A stretch of 64,000 bases of DNA from Candidatus Bathyarchaeota archaeon (GTDB lineage Archaea; Thermoproteota; Bathyarchaeia; TCS64): positions 209,341 to 273,340 of the forward strand of contig JBDRQD010000048.1 of NCBI GenBank assembly GCA_043826455.1, written 5' to 3'. The notes under the pieces were generated by a model. That model was not told the origin of the DNA and ran no database searches. It was given only the letters and a program-made list of their open reading frames with translations. The position numbers and the translations under genes were made by a program. Positions 20,429 to 30,484 of the stretch are shown here, one piece after another; position 1 is the first letter of the stretch, and every line of letters starts with the position of its first letter.

Positions 20429-21175
20429 ATGGATTACTCTGAGCAGGAGACGGAGTTCACCAGGCAGGTCAAGGAGAACGCCGTGAGGTACGGCTTCGAC
20501 CTGGTGGGCGTGGTCTCAGCGGAGGCCCTGGACGCGGTACCCAGCCACTATATAGGCCACAGGGACTACAGGACGTGGACTAGGAAGACCACAGACTACA
20601 TGGATGACGCCAGGAGCCTCATCATCCTGGGCGCCCCTGTCTGGGACAACCTCTTCGACCTGGTGATAAAGGTGCGGGGCCGCCACGAGTACCCCGACGA
20701 GTGGAGGGGACGCCTATACGCCCGGCGCTTGGTACGGTTCCTGGGCCGCCACGGCTACAGGACGGAGTTGGAGCCGGACTTGCTGTCGAAGAAGAGGATG
20801 GCCCAGCTCGCCGGCCTCGGCTGCTTCGGCAAGAACAGCCTCCTGGTGACCCCGGAGTACGGGCCCTGGGTGAGGCTGAGGAGCGTCCTCACGGACGCCG
20901 CGCTGGTCCCCGACGAGCCCTTCACTAGGGACCTTTGCGGCGACTGCGACAAGTGCGTCAGGGCGTGCCCCGTGAGCGCCCTCACACCCTACAGGGTGGA
21001 CCCGGACCGGTGCCTCCTGGGGATGGAGATGGAGAGGAGGCTCTCAGACGAGTACAGGGACCTGTACCTGGAGCACAGCCCTCTGGTCACGGAGAACACA
21101 TGGATCATGTGCCAGACCTGCCAGAGGGCCTGCCCCATCGGTAGGAACAGGAGAAACCAGTTGTTCGGAAGGTAG
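20429..21175 (+). CDS. Epoxyqueuosine-reductase-like (QueG-like) 4Fe-4S protein
   Basis: AGLGCFGKNSLL, GPWVRL, CGDCDKCVRACP, CQTCQRACP. Confidence 0.8.
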   Translation: MDYSEQETEFTRQVKENAVRYGFDLVGVVSAEALDAVPSHYIGHRDYRTWTRKTTDYMDDARSLIILGAPVWDNLFDLVIKVRGRHEYPDEWRGRLYARRLVRFLGRHGYRTELEPDLLSKKRMAQLAGLGCFGKNSLLVTPEYGPWVRLRSVLTDAALVPDEPFTRDLCGDCDKCVRACPVSALTPYRVDPDRCLLGMEMERRLSDEYRDLYLEHSPLVTENTWIMCQTCQRACPIGRNRRNQLFGR

Positions 21176-21258
21176 CCCGACGCCCGCCTGAGCCCAGCTT
21201 TCCGCTGCCTTGAGTCGAGGGTCTATTAAGCCCCGAGCCCAATATTTTGGTGATAACT

Positions 21259-22410
21259 ATGGATTACGCTGGGAGGCTTGCGAGGGCCAGGGAGGAGATG
21301 AAGCGGAGGGGCATCGCCCTCATGTACCTCAGGCGGGGCGCCAACCTCTGGTACCTCACGGGCATACAGAGGGGCAGCCCCGAGCTCACGGACCACAACA
21401 CCTACGGGGACTACGTCCAGGGGGCCTACATCGGGGCCGACGGCGGCTTCACCCTGGTGGCCCCCAGGATGGGCGCAGCCGGCTGGCAGAGGCAGGCCGA
21501 GGGCAAGCCCTGGGTTGAGGCTGTTAGGATCGTGGACGAGAGTATGCGGCCCCGAGACGTCTTGAAGGAGGTGCTGGCCCCCTTCAGGCTCAGAGGTAAG
21601 GGCGTCTGCCTGGAGGAGAGGGCTTGGGCCCACACTACCCTCATCTTCAGAGAATTACTGCCCTACAGCAAGCTGTCCAACGCAGGCGATATCCTGGACC
21701 CCATGCGGATGATCAAGGACGAGGACGAGGTGGCCGTCATGAGGAGGGCCGGGGAGGTCACCGACAAGGTGTACGGGGAGATGGTGAACACCCTGAAGGT
21801 GGGGGCCTCGGAGGTGGACGTGGCCAACGAGGTAGACTACAGGTTCAGGCTCCACGGTGCGGAGCATAGCAGCTTCTCCACGGGCGTCCGGTTCAGGAGC
21901 CCCAAGCACCCTTGGGGGCTGTGGGGCGGCGGCGGCCCCGAGCCCAGGCTGCTGGAGGAGGGAGACACCATCAGCTTCGACTTCGGCTGCGTCTACAAGG
22001 GGTACTGCAGCGACTTCGGCCGTACAGTGTACGTGGGGGAGCCCCCGGAGAAGGTGAGGCGCATCCACGGCGTGGTGATGGAAGCCCAGGCACTCGCCAT
22101 CGAGAAGATGGTGGACGGCGAGATCACGGCCCAGCAGCTGGACAGCGTAGCCCGGGGCGTAATCGAGCGTGCCGGGTATGGGCCCAACTTTGTGCACCGG
22201 CTGGGCCACGGCATCGGGGTCACCGTCCACGAGCCGCCTTTCCTGTACATCCCTGACGACACGGTGCTTCGGAGTGGCATGACCTTCACCGTGGAGCCCA
22301 GTATTCTATTGTTCGGGGAGTGGAGCGCCCGGGTAGAGGATGTGGTGATGGTCACGAAGAAGGGCGGGGTGCCCTTCAGCAACTACCACAAGGAGCTCAC
22401 CACCATCTAG
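21259..22410 (+). CDS. M24 Xaa-Pro peptidase
   Basis: RMIKDEDE, FDFG..GYCSDFGRT, HRLGHGIG, VHE, TVEP, RVED. Confidence 0.9.
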   Translation: MDYAGRLARAREEMKRRGIALMYLRRGANLWYLTGIQRGSPELTDHNTYGDYVQGAYIGADGGFTLVAPRMGAAGWQRQAEGKPWVEAVRIVDESMRPRDVLKEVLAPFRLRGKGVCLEERAWAHTTLIFRELLPYSKLSNAGDILDPMRMIKDEDEVAVMRRAGEVTDKVYGEMVNTLKVGASEVDVANEVDYRFRLHGAEHSSFSTGVRFRSPKHPWGLWGGGGPEPRLLEEGDTISFDFGCVYKGYCSDFGRTVYVGEPPEKVRRIHGVVMEAQALAIEKMVDGEITAQQLDSVARGVIERAGYGPNFVHRLGHGIGVTVHEPPFLYIPDDTVLRSGMTFTVEPSILLFGEWSARVEDVVMVTKKGGVPFSNYHKELTTI

Positions 22411-22459
22411 CCGCATGAACCAAATAAAGTGTTAAAATGGGGGCTATCCCCCGGGGGCT

Positions 22460-24434
22460 CTACTCCTCGCCCTTCAGGTGCCTGTCGAACCACCTGACAA
22501 TGTGCTGAAGCCGCTCGACCCTGTGCTTGGGCTTACCTGTGCGGCTCAGACCGTGGGGCTCGTTGGGGAACCTCACGAACTCTGTGGGCACCCCCAGCAC
22601 CTTGAGGGCCGTGAACAGCTGCTCGTCCTGCTCCATGGGGCACCTGTAGTCCTCCTCAGAGTGGATGATGAGGGTCGGCGTCTTGACGTTCCCCATGTAG
22701 GTGATGGGGCTCTTAGCCATCACCTCCTCCAGGTTGTCCCAGGGCCGCTTGCCCCAGGTGACCTCGTGGCTCCTGTAGCTGATGTCGCTGGTCCCCCACA
22801 TGCTGTACCAGTTGCTTATGCTACGCATGGTGACGGCCGCCCTGAACCGGTCCGTGTGGCCTATGATCCAGTTGGTCATGTAGCCGCCGTAGCTGCCCCC
22901 GGCGACGCCCAGCCTGGACGCGTCCACGTAGCCGTAGCTGTCCAGCACGTGGTCCATAGCCTCCATGAGGTCCAGGTAGTCGCGCTCGCCCCAGTGGCCG
23001 CTGATGGCTGCGGCGAACTCCTCACCGAAGCCCGTGCTGCCCCGCGGGTTGGTGTAGACGACAGCGCAGCCGCTGGCGGCGAGCACCTGGAACTCGTGAC
23101 TGGCGGCTGTCACCCCGTAACCGTATGCGCCTCTGGGGCCGCCATGGATCTGGAGCACAGTGGGGTACTTCTCCCCCTCCACGTAGCCGTGGGGTTTCAC
23201 TATCCAGCCCTGGACCTTTACCCCGTCGCTGGCTGTGAACCAGAACTCCTCGGGCGGGACCCACTTGAGCTGCTTCAGGAGCCCCCTGTTCATGTCCGTG
23301 ACCTTCCTGGCGCTGCCCTCACCCAAAGCGTAGAGCTCGCTGGGCGTCGCGTCATCCGTGGCCGTGTAGACGACAGTCTCGCCGTCTCCGTCCAGACTGA
23401 AGCCGCCCACATTCATCTTGCCCTCGGTGACCCAGGAGACCTCGCAGCCCATGGAGGCGCGGCACACGTGGGTGCCTCCCCTGTCGGGGGCAGTGAAGTA
23501 GAGGTGCTCTCCGTCGGGGCTCCACGTGAGGCCACTGCCCACGGTCCTGTCGAATCCCCCTGTGAGGCACCTGGGCTCTCCGCCGTCAACACGTAGCACG
23601 TAGACCCTGTCGCTCTTATGGAACACAAGGTCGGGGTCGTCTATCACGTGGCCCGTGAATGCCAGGTGCTCGCCGTCTGGGCTCCACGCCACCTCGTCTA
23701 TGGGGCCCAGGCCCCTCCATAGTAGCTTGGGTTCTCCGCCCTTGGCGGGGACCAGGTATATGTTCTTGAAGTGGACTAGGTCCGCGTCGGGGTCCATGTT
23801 GGCCACGAAGGCCACCTGCTTTGAGTCGGGGCTCCACGCGTAGGCCTCCACGTCGTACTCGCCGTAAGTGATCTGTTTAGCCTTGCCGCCCCCGCTGGGC
23901 ACCGTGAAGAGGTGCATCCACTTGCCCTCGAAGTATCCCTGGCCGTCGAACCTGTACTTGATGCGGCGGATGATCTTCACGTCGCTCTCCTCTGTGGCCT
24001 TCTCGCCCTTGAAGACCCTCGCAGAGAACAGGATGGATCTGCCGTCGGGGCTCCACTCGGGCTTGGCCACGGCCTCCTCCATGTAGGTGAGCTTCACTGC
24101 CTCGCCTCCGTCCGCCTTCAGGCATCACGAACAGCTGGGGCTTGGGCTTGGCGTCAGGCTTGTCCCGCTCCCCCAGCCTGTTGCTGAGGAAGAGCACCCT
24201 GTCTCCCTTGGGGCTCCACCGGGGGTAAGACTCGTTGCTCTTTCCGTGGGTGAACTGGCGGGGCTTCCCCCGTTTGAGGTCTGTGATCCACAGGTGGGCA
24301 TCATACTTGTTCTCGTCCATGTTCACATCGCTGTACACGAACAGGGCCTCCGCGCCGTCCGGGGAGACCTGTGCGTCCGAGACGGGCGCCGAGGGGAAGA
24401 TGGGCATGAACTTGTAGTCTTCTAGCTTCTTCAT
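22460..24434 (-). pseudogene. S9 family peptidase (acylaminoacyl-peptidase-like) split by a frameshift near 24115
   Basis: N-terminal propeller in ORF 23877..24434 and remainder with IHGGP, GGSYGG, DYRC, PHG in ORF 22460..24097; frames join at FVMP|ADGGEAVKLT. Confidence 0.8.
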
Positions 24435-24562
24435 GCTGAATCATTGAAAGTGATGCAGGGATGCATAACTCTTATGATGCCTACTCGCCACACGCATTGG
24501 CCTGTCGCAGCCTAATCTATAAACCGCGGGAAAATTTGGAGCAGGTTGCACCTGTCACACTT

Positions 24563-25312
24563 TTAGCTGGATTTAATGTACTCGACAATGGCTGCTGCGA
24601 GGTCCTCCACGTATCTCTTACCGTGGTTGGCGCTGGCGCCCCGGGCGTCCCCCAGCACACCGATGGGTGAGAGGGCGCCGATCCCATGCTCGAAGATGCG
24701 CCGGGTAACCTCCTCGTCGAACTTACCCATGTAGCCCCTAGACTCCGGGATCATGCTCTCCTTAACTAGGCTTCCCTTTACGTGCAGCATCATGGAGACC
24801 TCTGACTCTCCGGCGTGGGCTCCCGCCGCCTCGGGGCTCACCCCCAGCTTGGCGCTGGTCTTCATCAGAGTTGCCACGAAGGCCTGGAGGTCGTGGTAGA
24901 CGAGAACCTCGACGCCCGGGTGAGCGGCCTCGAGCTCGTCAGCGATCTCCCCTAGGGGCCCGAAGTTGCCGCCGTGGCTGGGCAGAACAACGATCCTCTT
25001 GAACCCGTGCTGGGCTAGGCTGCTCACGTAGTCGCTGATCACGTTCTGCAGGGTCTCCTTGCGGAGGGTGATGGTCCCCGGGAACCTCATGTGGTGCTCC
25101 GAGCAGCCCACGTTAACAGTGGGCGCCTTCAACGCCTTACCAAGTTTACTCGCAACGGCTTTTGCCAGTGCGTCGCCCAGCACCGTGTCCGTGGAGACTG
25201 GTAGGCAGGGGCCGTGCTGCTCGTTGCTTCCCACCGCGAAGACAACGGTGTCGAAACCCTTCTTTATCGATACCCCGATGTCGGGGGAGGTCATCTGAGC
25301 CAGATCAATCAT
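24563..25312 (-). CDS. Creatininase family protein
   Basis: GSNEQHGP..TD, SEHH..FPGT, SHGGN, HAGESE. Confidence 0.88.
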   Translation of the reverse strand: MIDLAQMTSPDIGVSIKKGFDTVVFAVGSNEQHGPCLPVSTDTVLGDALAKAVASKLGKALKAPTVNVGCSEHHMRFPGTITLRKETLQNVISDYVSSLAQHGFKRIVVLPSHGGNFGPLGEIADELEAAHPGVEVLVYHDLQAFVATLMKTSAKLGVSPEAAGAHAGESEVSMMLHVKGSLVKESMIPESRGYMGKFDEEVTRRIFEHGIGALSPIGVLGDARGASANHGKRYVEDLAAAIVEYIKSS

Positions 25313-25392
25313 GGGTGAATCTGGTGCCGCGGCCGGGATAAAGACTTGGCTCGCCGGATCCACCATAAGCATTTCAATCTTGAAGCCGATAA

Positions 25393-26301
25393 ATGGGCAT
25401 GGAGCCTAGAGGTAGGGTCTGCGTCGTGGGGGCGGGTTTCCTGGGGACGCAGATAGGGGTCGTCAGCGCCAGGCACGGGTACCACGTGAGTATGTGCGAC
25501 ATATCCGGCGACGCGCTGGCCTCATCGAGGAAAGCAGTGAAAGGTTACCTTGGGCAGTGGGCCGCGGAGGGTCAGGTTTCCGGCGATGAGAGCCGCGAGA
25601 TCATGGGGCGGGTGTCCTTCACGGGCGACATGGCTGAGGCGACCGAAGGCGCTGACGTGGTCATAGAGGCCGTCGTCGAGCGCCTGGACGTGAAGCGCGA
25701 CGTGTTTGGGAGGCTGGACGAGCTGTGCCCTCCCGGGACGCTGATAGCCACCAACAGCAGCTCGATACGCGTATCCAAGATCGAGGACGCCACCAGCCAC
25801 CCGGAGCGGGTGCTCAACATGCACTTCTACTCGAACCCGTGGCGCAGCAGGGTCCTAGAGATCATGCGTGGGACCCGCACCTCGGATGAGGCCGTGGAGA
25901 GGGCGGCGGCCTTCAGCAGGAGCATAGGCGTAACGCCGCTCATCGTGCAGAGGGAGAGCACAGGGTTCATCTTCAACAGGGTATGGCGCGCCGTGAAGCG
26001 TGAGTGCCTCAGGGTGGTGGACGAGGGGGTGGCCAGCTTCGAGGACGTGGACAGGGCCTGGATGAGCCTCTACGGGACATCCGCGGGCCCCTTCGGGCTC
26101 ATGGACAGGGTCGGCCTGGACGTGGTCCGCGACATAGAGATGGTCTACTACGGTGAGTCGGGGGACCCGCGGGACGCGCCGCCCAGGGTCCTGCTGGAGA
26201 AGATCGAGAGGGGCGAGCTGGGGGTTAAATCCGGTAGGGGCTTCTACACGTACCCGAACCCCAGCTACATGGAGCCCGGATGGCTCCACGGAGACGCCTG
26301 A
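25393..26301 (+). CDS. 3-hydroxyacyl-CoA dehydrogenase family protein
   Basis: VGAGFLG, IEAVVE, ATNSSS, MHF, GFIFNR, GPFGLMDRVGLD, LGVKSGRGFY. Confidence 0.9.
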   Translation: MGMEPRGRVCVVGAGFLGTQIGVVSARHGYHVSMCDISGDALASSRKAVKGYLGQWAAEGQVSGDESREIMGRVSFTGDMAEATEGADVVIEAVVERLDVKRDVFGRLDELCPPGTLIATNSSSIRVSKIEDATSHPERVLNMHFYSNPWRSRVLEIMRGTRTSDEAVERAAAFSRSIGVTPLIVQRESTGFIFNRVWRAVKRECLRVVDEGVASFEDVDRAWMSLYGTSAGPFGLMDRVGLDVVRDIEMVYYGESGDPRDAPPRVLLEKIERGELGVKSGRGFYTYPNPSYMEPGWLHGDA

Positions 26302-26489
26302 ACCCACGAGCCGGAGACCTGGCGAGACACCGTTACTTTGGGTCGGCTCAAATGGATGTCCGGGTCGAGCAGGGGTACGAGATGGGCCGTCCCTCTCTTC
26401 TCTACCTCCAGTCGGAGGACAAAGGAGATCCCGTTGAGGTGAGCGTCGGCGGTAAGTGCGTGATGATAGCAAAGGGAGAACTAGTTTAA
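26302..26489 (+). pseudogene. C-terminal remnant of a PhzF-family isomerase
   Basis: VEQGYEMGRPSLL..VSVGG..IAKGEL PhzF C-terminus with no N-terminal part. Confidence 0.7.
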
Positions 26490-26522
26490 ACGCGTTACAA
26501 ATCTGAGCGAATGCATGGGTTG

Positions 26523-26611
26523 GGGGGTATAATTTTTACCATTCACACAACGGCGGGTTGTTTTGGCTGTCAGGGCATGTGCAGGCTGTCATTGGCAGAG
26601 AATTAAATTCA
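26523..26611 (+). repeat. Left 89-bp inverted repeat
   Basis: gggggtataatttttacc...gagaattaaattca; exact reverse complement of 27739-27827. Confidence 0.95.
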
Positions 26612-26728
26612 AAGCATGTAACTCTGTTAAGCCTGTTTTCAGGAGAAGATATACTCAGTAATTCATTAAGATATATATGGCGCGCGCGTAGGTTTCCCTT
26701 TTTTTATTTCCAATTACTTCTTTTTCAA

Positions 26729-27691
26729 TTATACTATCCTTTCCCTTTTCTTCCACGCCAGCATTGAAAGAAACTCTTGCACGACGCATCCTGCTAGGTA
26801 AGCTGTAATTTGAGTTGGATCAAACGCTGGAAGCACTTCAACGACATCAAATCCAACGTAATTAAGGTTCAGGGTACTGCGCATAAGCTTAAGCCCCTCA
26901 TAGCTTGTAAATCCACCAACTTCGATAGTGCCAGTCCCCGGAGCATATGCAGGATCAAAAAAATCGATATCATAGGTTAAATGAGTTTTTTTGCCTCCAA
27001 CTGTATCAATAATCTTCTGCGCCGCCCACTCAATACCATGTTCATGCAGATCTTTTGCAGTAATTACCGTAAATCCAAGTTCTTCTGACTCTCTAACTGT
27101 ATCCATATTAAAAATGCCTCGAATTCCAACCTGGATAGAGTGCTTTGCATCGATGATACCTTCTTCAACGGCTCTGCGAAATATAGTGCCATGCGTTAGC
27201 TTACTACCATTTTCGCTATCATATGTATCTAAGTGGGCGTCGAATTGCACTAACGAAACAGGGCCATGTTTATGTGCAATTGAGCGTAAAAACGGAAGTG
27301 TAACTGAATGGTCTCCGCCTAGCCCTATTGGGAATACATTTTGGCTAACCACTTCATCGAATTTTTTCTCAATCTCATCGTGGCTGTTCTGAAGATTGCA
27401 TGGATTAATATTGGCATCGCCATACTCGATTCCTGATAAGTATTCGAAAATATCGATATCCAGATTCGGGTTCCCTGAACGAAGCATAATCGACATTTCA
27501 CGAATAGCGGCCGGTCCGAATGCAGCACCTGATCGAAACGTTGTTCCTCCATCACATGGCATGCCAACGATTGCGAAATCCGCACCTGAAAGATCACCTT
27601 TCACATAAGGTAGCTTCATGAATGTGCGGATTCCAGTAAACCGTGTAACTATACTCGGGTCTTCAGGACGATACTTCATAGACTTTGCCAT
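26729..27691 (-). CDS. speB: Agmatinase (ureohydrolase family)
   Basis: GGDHS, FDAHLD, HGT, YDIDFFDPAYAPGTGT.E.GG, DVVEV; GAGGAGG SD before ATG 27691. Confidence 0.88.
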   Translation of the reverse strand: MAKSMKYRPEDPSIVTRFTGIRTFMKLPYVKGDLSGADFAIVGMPCDGGTTFRSGAAFGPAAIREMSIMLRSGNPNLDIDIFEYLSGIEYGDANINPCNLQNSHDEIEKKFDEVVSQNVFPIGLGGDHSVTLPFLRSIAHKHGPVSLVQFDAHLDTYDSENGSKLTHGTIFRRAVEEGIIDAKHSIQVGIRGIFNMDTVRESEELGFTVITAKDLHEHGIEWAAQKIIDTVGGKKTHLTYDIDFFDPAYAPGTGTIEVGGFTSYEGLKLMRSTLNLNYVGFDVVEVLPAFDPTQITAYLAGCVVQEFLSMLAWKKRERIV

Positions 27692-27738
27692 GATTATCCT
27701 CCTCATGCGGTGTATTTTAATTTGGTTTGCGCACGCGC

Positions 27739-27827
27739 TGAATTTAATTCTCTGCCAATGACAGCCTGCACATGCCCTGACAGCCAAAACAACCCGCCGT
27801 TGTGTGAATGGTAAAAATTATACCCCC
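27739..27827 (-). repeat. Right 89-bp inverted repeat
   Basis: tgaatttaattctc...ggtaaaaattataccccc. Confidence 0.95.
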
Positions 27828-27863
27828 AGCATCCGAACCATTATCTATTCTGAGGCTGAAGCA

Positions 27864-29579
27864 TTGGCACACACGAGCGTCCCCGAGAGGTACCTGAAGA
27901 CCATCAAGCAGGAGGTGACGGCGAGCAGAGGCGTAGTCGTGACCAACCACCCGCTGGCCAGCGCGGCGGGCGTCCAGGTGATGGCCGGGGGCGGCAACGC
28001 CTTCGACGCAGCCGTCGCGTCCCTCTTCGCCCTCACCGTGGTCGAGCCCATGATGGTGAGCATGTTCGGAGCAGGCTTCTTCGTGTACAGGGACGGAGAG
28101 ACCGGGGAGGTCTCCACCCTCGACGACTACGCGGTGGCCCCCAAGGCCGCCGAGGAGACAATGTACAAGCCCGTGGAGGACCGGAGGCCGGACCAGTACA
28201 TCTTCGAGACAGTAGGCCGCAGGAACATGGTGGGACACCTGAGCGTCGCCACACCAGGCGCCCTCAAGGGGTGGGAGCATGTGCTCAGAGAACATGGAAG
28301 CCTCAGCCTGCGCGAGGTGATGGCGCCGGCCATCCGCCTGGCCCGCGACAGCTACCGGGCTACACCCTACCTGGCGTACATGGTGGAGTATACCCGCCGG
28401 GACCTGGCCCTCTTCGAGGACACGGCCAAGACTTTTCTGCCGGGCGGCAAGCCTATCCGGGCCGGCGACATGGTGGCGATGCCCGAGTACGCCGAGACGC
28501 TGGAAGCGGTGTCCAGGAAGGGATCAGACTACCTCTACCGGGGCGACCTGGGCAGGGCCGTGGTGGACGACATGGAGGACCACGGCGGCATCCTAGCCAT
28601 GGAGGACCTGTCAGCGTACAGGCTCCATGAGAGGCCGCCCGTGACGGGCACCTACCGGGGCAGGTACCGTGTGGCCAGCATGGCCCCGGGCAGCAGCGGC
28701 GGCACCCACATAATACAGATGCTCAACATGCTGGAGCGGTTCGACGTGGCCGCCCTGGGGTTCGGCTCAGCGGACCACATCCACCTCTTCGCCGAGGTCC
28801 TCAAGCTGGCCTTCGCCGACAGGCAGAGGTACATGGGTGACCCGTGGAGGGTGCCCGTGCCCGTGGAGGGCCTGACCAGCAAGGCGTACGCCACGGAGAG
28901 GGTGAAACTGATAGGCGACAAGGCCGGTACCTACATGTTCGGTGACCCGTCAACGTACCATAAAGAGAGCCAGAACACCACCCACGTCTCAGTCATGGAC
29001 GACAGGGGCAACATGGTGGCGGCCACCCAGACCCTCTTCGCCGTCTTCGGCTCAGCTGTCACCGCCACCGGTACGGGGATGTTCCTCAACAACTGCATGG
29101 GGCTCTTCGACCCCCGCCCCGGCAGGGCCAACTCTGTGGCCGGAGGCAAGCGGATGCTCAGTTCCATGACCCCGACGATAGTGCTGAGGGACGAGGCGCC
29201 CTTCCTGTGCCTGGGGTCCCCCGGCGGAACCAGGATATTCCCAGCCATCTGCCAGGCCCTGGTCAACGTCATCGACTTCGGCATGAGCATCCAGCAGGCT
29301 GTCGAGGCGCCCCGGGTGTGGACCATGGGGGTGCCGGGCACTCCAGAGGGGAAGCTCCACGTGGAGCCGGAGCTCAGCAAAGAGACCCTGGAGGAGCTGA
29401 AGAGGAGGGGCCACGACATCCTCTTGGTGCCCAAAGTGGCGGGCGGCATGAACGGCGTGATAGTAGGCGAGGACGGGCTCATGCACGGGGGCGCCTGCTG
29501 GAGGGCCGACGGCACCCCCATGGGGGTCTCAGGCGGAGAGGCGGCGGCCAAGGCCCTGATGGACCAGTTCTCAGTCTAG
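27864..29579 (+). CDS. ggt: Gamma-glutamyltransferase
   Basis: GGNAFDAAVA, VVEP, TTHVSVMD (nucleophile Thr), LSSMTP, GSPGG. Confidence 0.9.
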   Translation: MAHTSVPERYLKTIKQEVTASRGVVVTNHPLASAAGVQVMAGGGNAFDAAVASLFALTVVEPMMVSMFGAGFFVYRDGETGEVSTLDDYAVAPKAAEETMYKPVEDRRPDQYIFETVGRRNMVGHLSVATPGALKGWEHVLREHGSLSLREVMAPAIRLARDSYRATPYLAYMVEYTRRDLALFEDTAKTFLPGGKPIRAGDMVAMPEYAETLEAVSRKGSDYLYRGDLGRAVVDDMEDHGGILAMEDLSAYRLHERPPVTGTYRGRYRVASMAPGSSGGTHIIQMLNMLERFDVAALGFGSADHIHLFAEVLKLAFADRQRYMGDPWRVPVPVEGLTSKAYATERVKLIGDKAGTYMFGDPSTYHKESQNTTHVSVMDDRGNMVAATQTLFAVFGSAVTATGTGMFLNNCMGLFDPRPGRANSVAGGKRMLSSMTPTIVLRDEAPFLCLGSPGGTRIFPAICQALVNVIDFGMSIQQAVEAPRVWTMGVPGTPEGKLHVEPELSKETLEELKRRGHDILLVPKVAGGMNGVIVGEDGLMHGGACWRADGTPMGVSGGEAAAKALMDQFSV

Positions 29580-29659
29580 CCAACGAAGATCCCAAACCCG
29601 TGATTACTGGCCGCCTCACCCAAACCCTTTTTCCCGGGCGCGCCCCGCTGATCATTGAG

Positions 29660-29902
29660 ATGCCGAGAACCGAGTACGTTAGGTGCCCCAACCCAAGGTG
29701 CGGGAAACTCAACCCAGTGGATGAGTTGACCCAGGGTAAGGAGTACACCTGCGTGTTCTGCGGCCACCCGTTCACGTCACCAGCGAAGACGGTTCAGCGG
29801 GCCGATGAGGCGTCCTTCAAGAAGAGGAACAAGGGAAAGAAGCCTCTGAGCACATCTGAGGCTAGGCCCGAGAACAGGAACCTCAGGAAACCCATGATAT
29901 AG
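29660..29902 (+). CDS. Small zinc-ribbon protein with a basic tail
   Basis: CPNPRC...CVFCGH; Lys/Arg-rich C-terminus. Confidence 0.6.
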   Translation: MPRTEYVRCPNPRCGKLNPVDELTQGKEYTCVFCGHPFTSPAKTVQRADEASFKKRNKGKKPLSTSEARPENRNLRKPMI

Positions 29903-30190
29903 GACTGGTAACCGAGAAGCTCTAGGTAGAAAAGAGTAAATTCCCGGTTCATCATTGACTATAACAGAGCGATGTTTAGAAAGGGTCGTAGTAAAAAACT
30001 GTCAGACATCCTAATTCGACAGAAGCCGTGGCCCATATCCAGCCTCGAATACCAGAGAAGGCTTAGGGACGAGTGGCGTGAACGCTGCCCCTAGCCAATA
30101 TAAGCGGCTAGCTAAAAAACAGTTAAAACTTAAAAATTCACGTTATACCAGGCTACTGTCATATGGGTCGGTTGGCACAGGTATCCACCG

Positions 30191-30430
30191 TCAAACGCCT
30201 TCGCCTGCGAGGTACCTGCAGTACTCGTAGTCGATGGGGCCCTCCTTCGTGGTCTCGCAGGGAAACTCGGGGCACTCAAAACACAGCTCAACCCCCTTAC
30301 CGTGCGCACAGGTAGCCACCTTGCAGAAGGGGGTGTCCCTGGGCCTGCACCCGCCCTCCCCGCTGGGGCAGATACCCCTCCGCATGCGAGGGCACCTCCC
30401 ACACGCTATTCCGCAGACGCCCACCCTCAT
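30191..30430 (-). CDS. DUF3795-like Cys-rich protein
   Basis: GVCGIACGRCP..C..GC..CKVATCA..CFECPEFPC. Confidence 0.75.
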   Translation of the reverse strand: MRVGVCGIACGRCPRMRRGICPSGEGGCRPRDTPFCKVATCAHGKGVELCFECPEFPCETTKEGPIDYEYCRYLAGEGV

Positions 30431-30484
30431 CTTTGAGTCACCACCAAACGCCCTGATCTCAACATCACCCACATCTTGTCACCG

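Larger units (their letters stand above)
26523..27827. mobile_element. Inverted-repeat-bounded cassette carrying agmatinase (non-autonomous; no transposase)
   Basis: Perfect 89-bp IRs at 26523-26611 and 27739-27827; interior clearly lower GC than flanks. Confidence 0.7.

Noticed and set aside
26513..27832. GCAT as target-site duplication of the IR cassette
   Set aside because: Requires asymmetric ends, and 4 bp is within chance.
29972..30094. 40-aa ORF MFRKGRSKK...
   Set aside because: No recognisable motif or clear expression signals.
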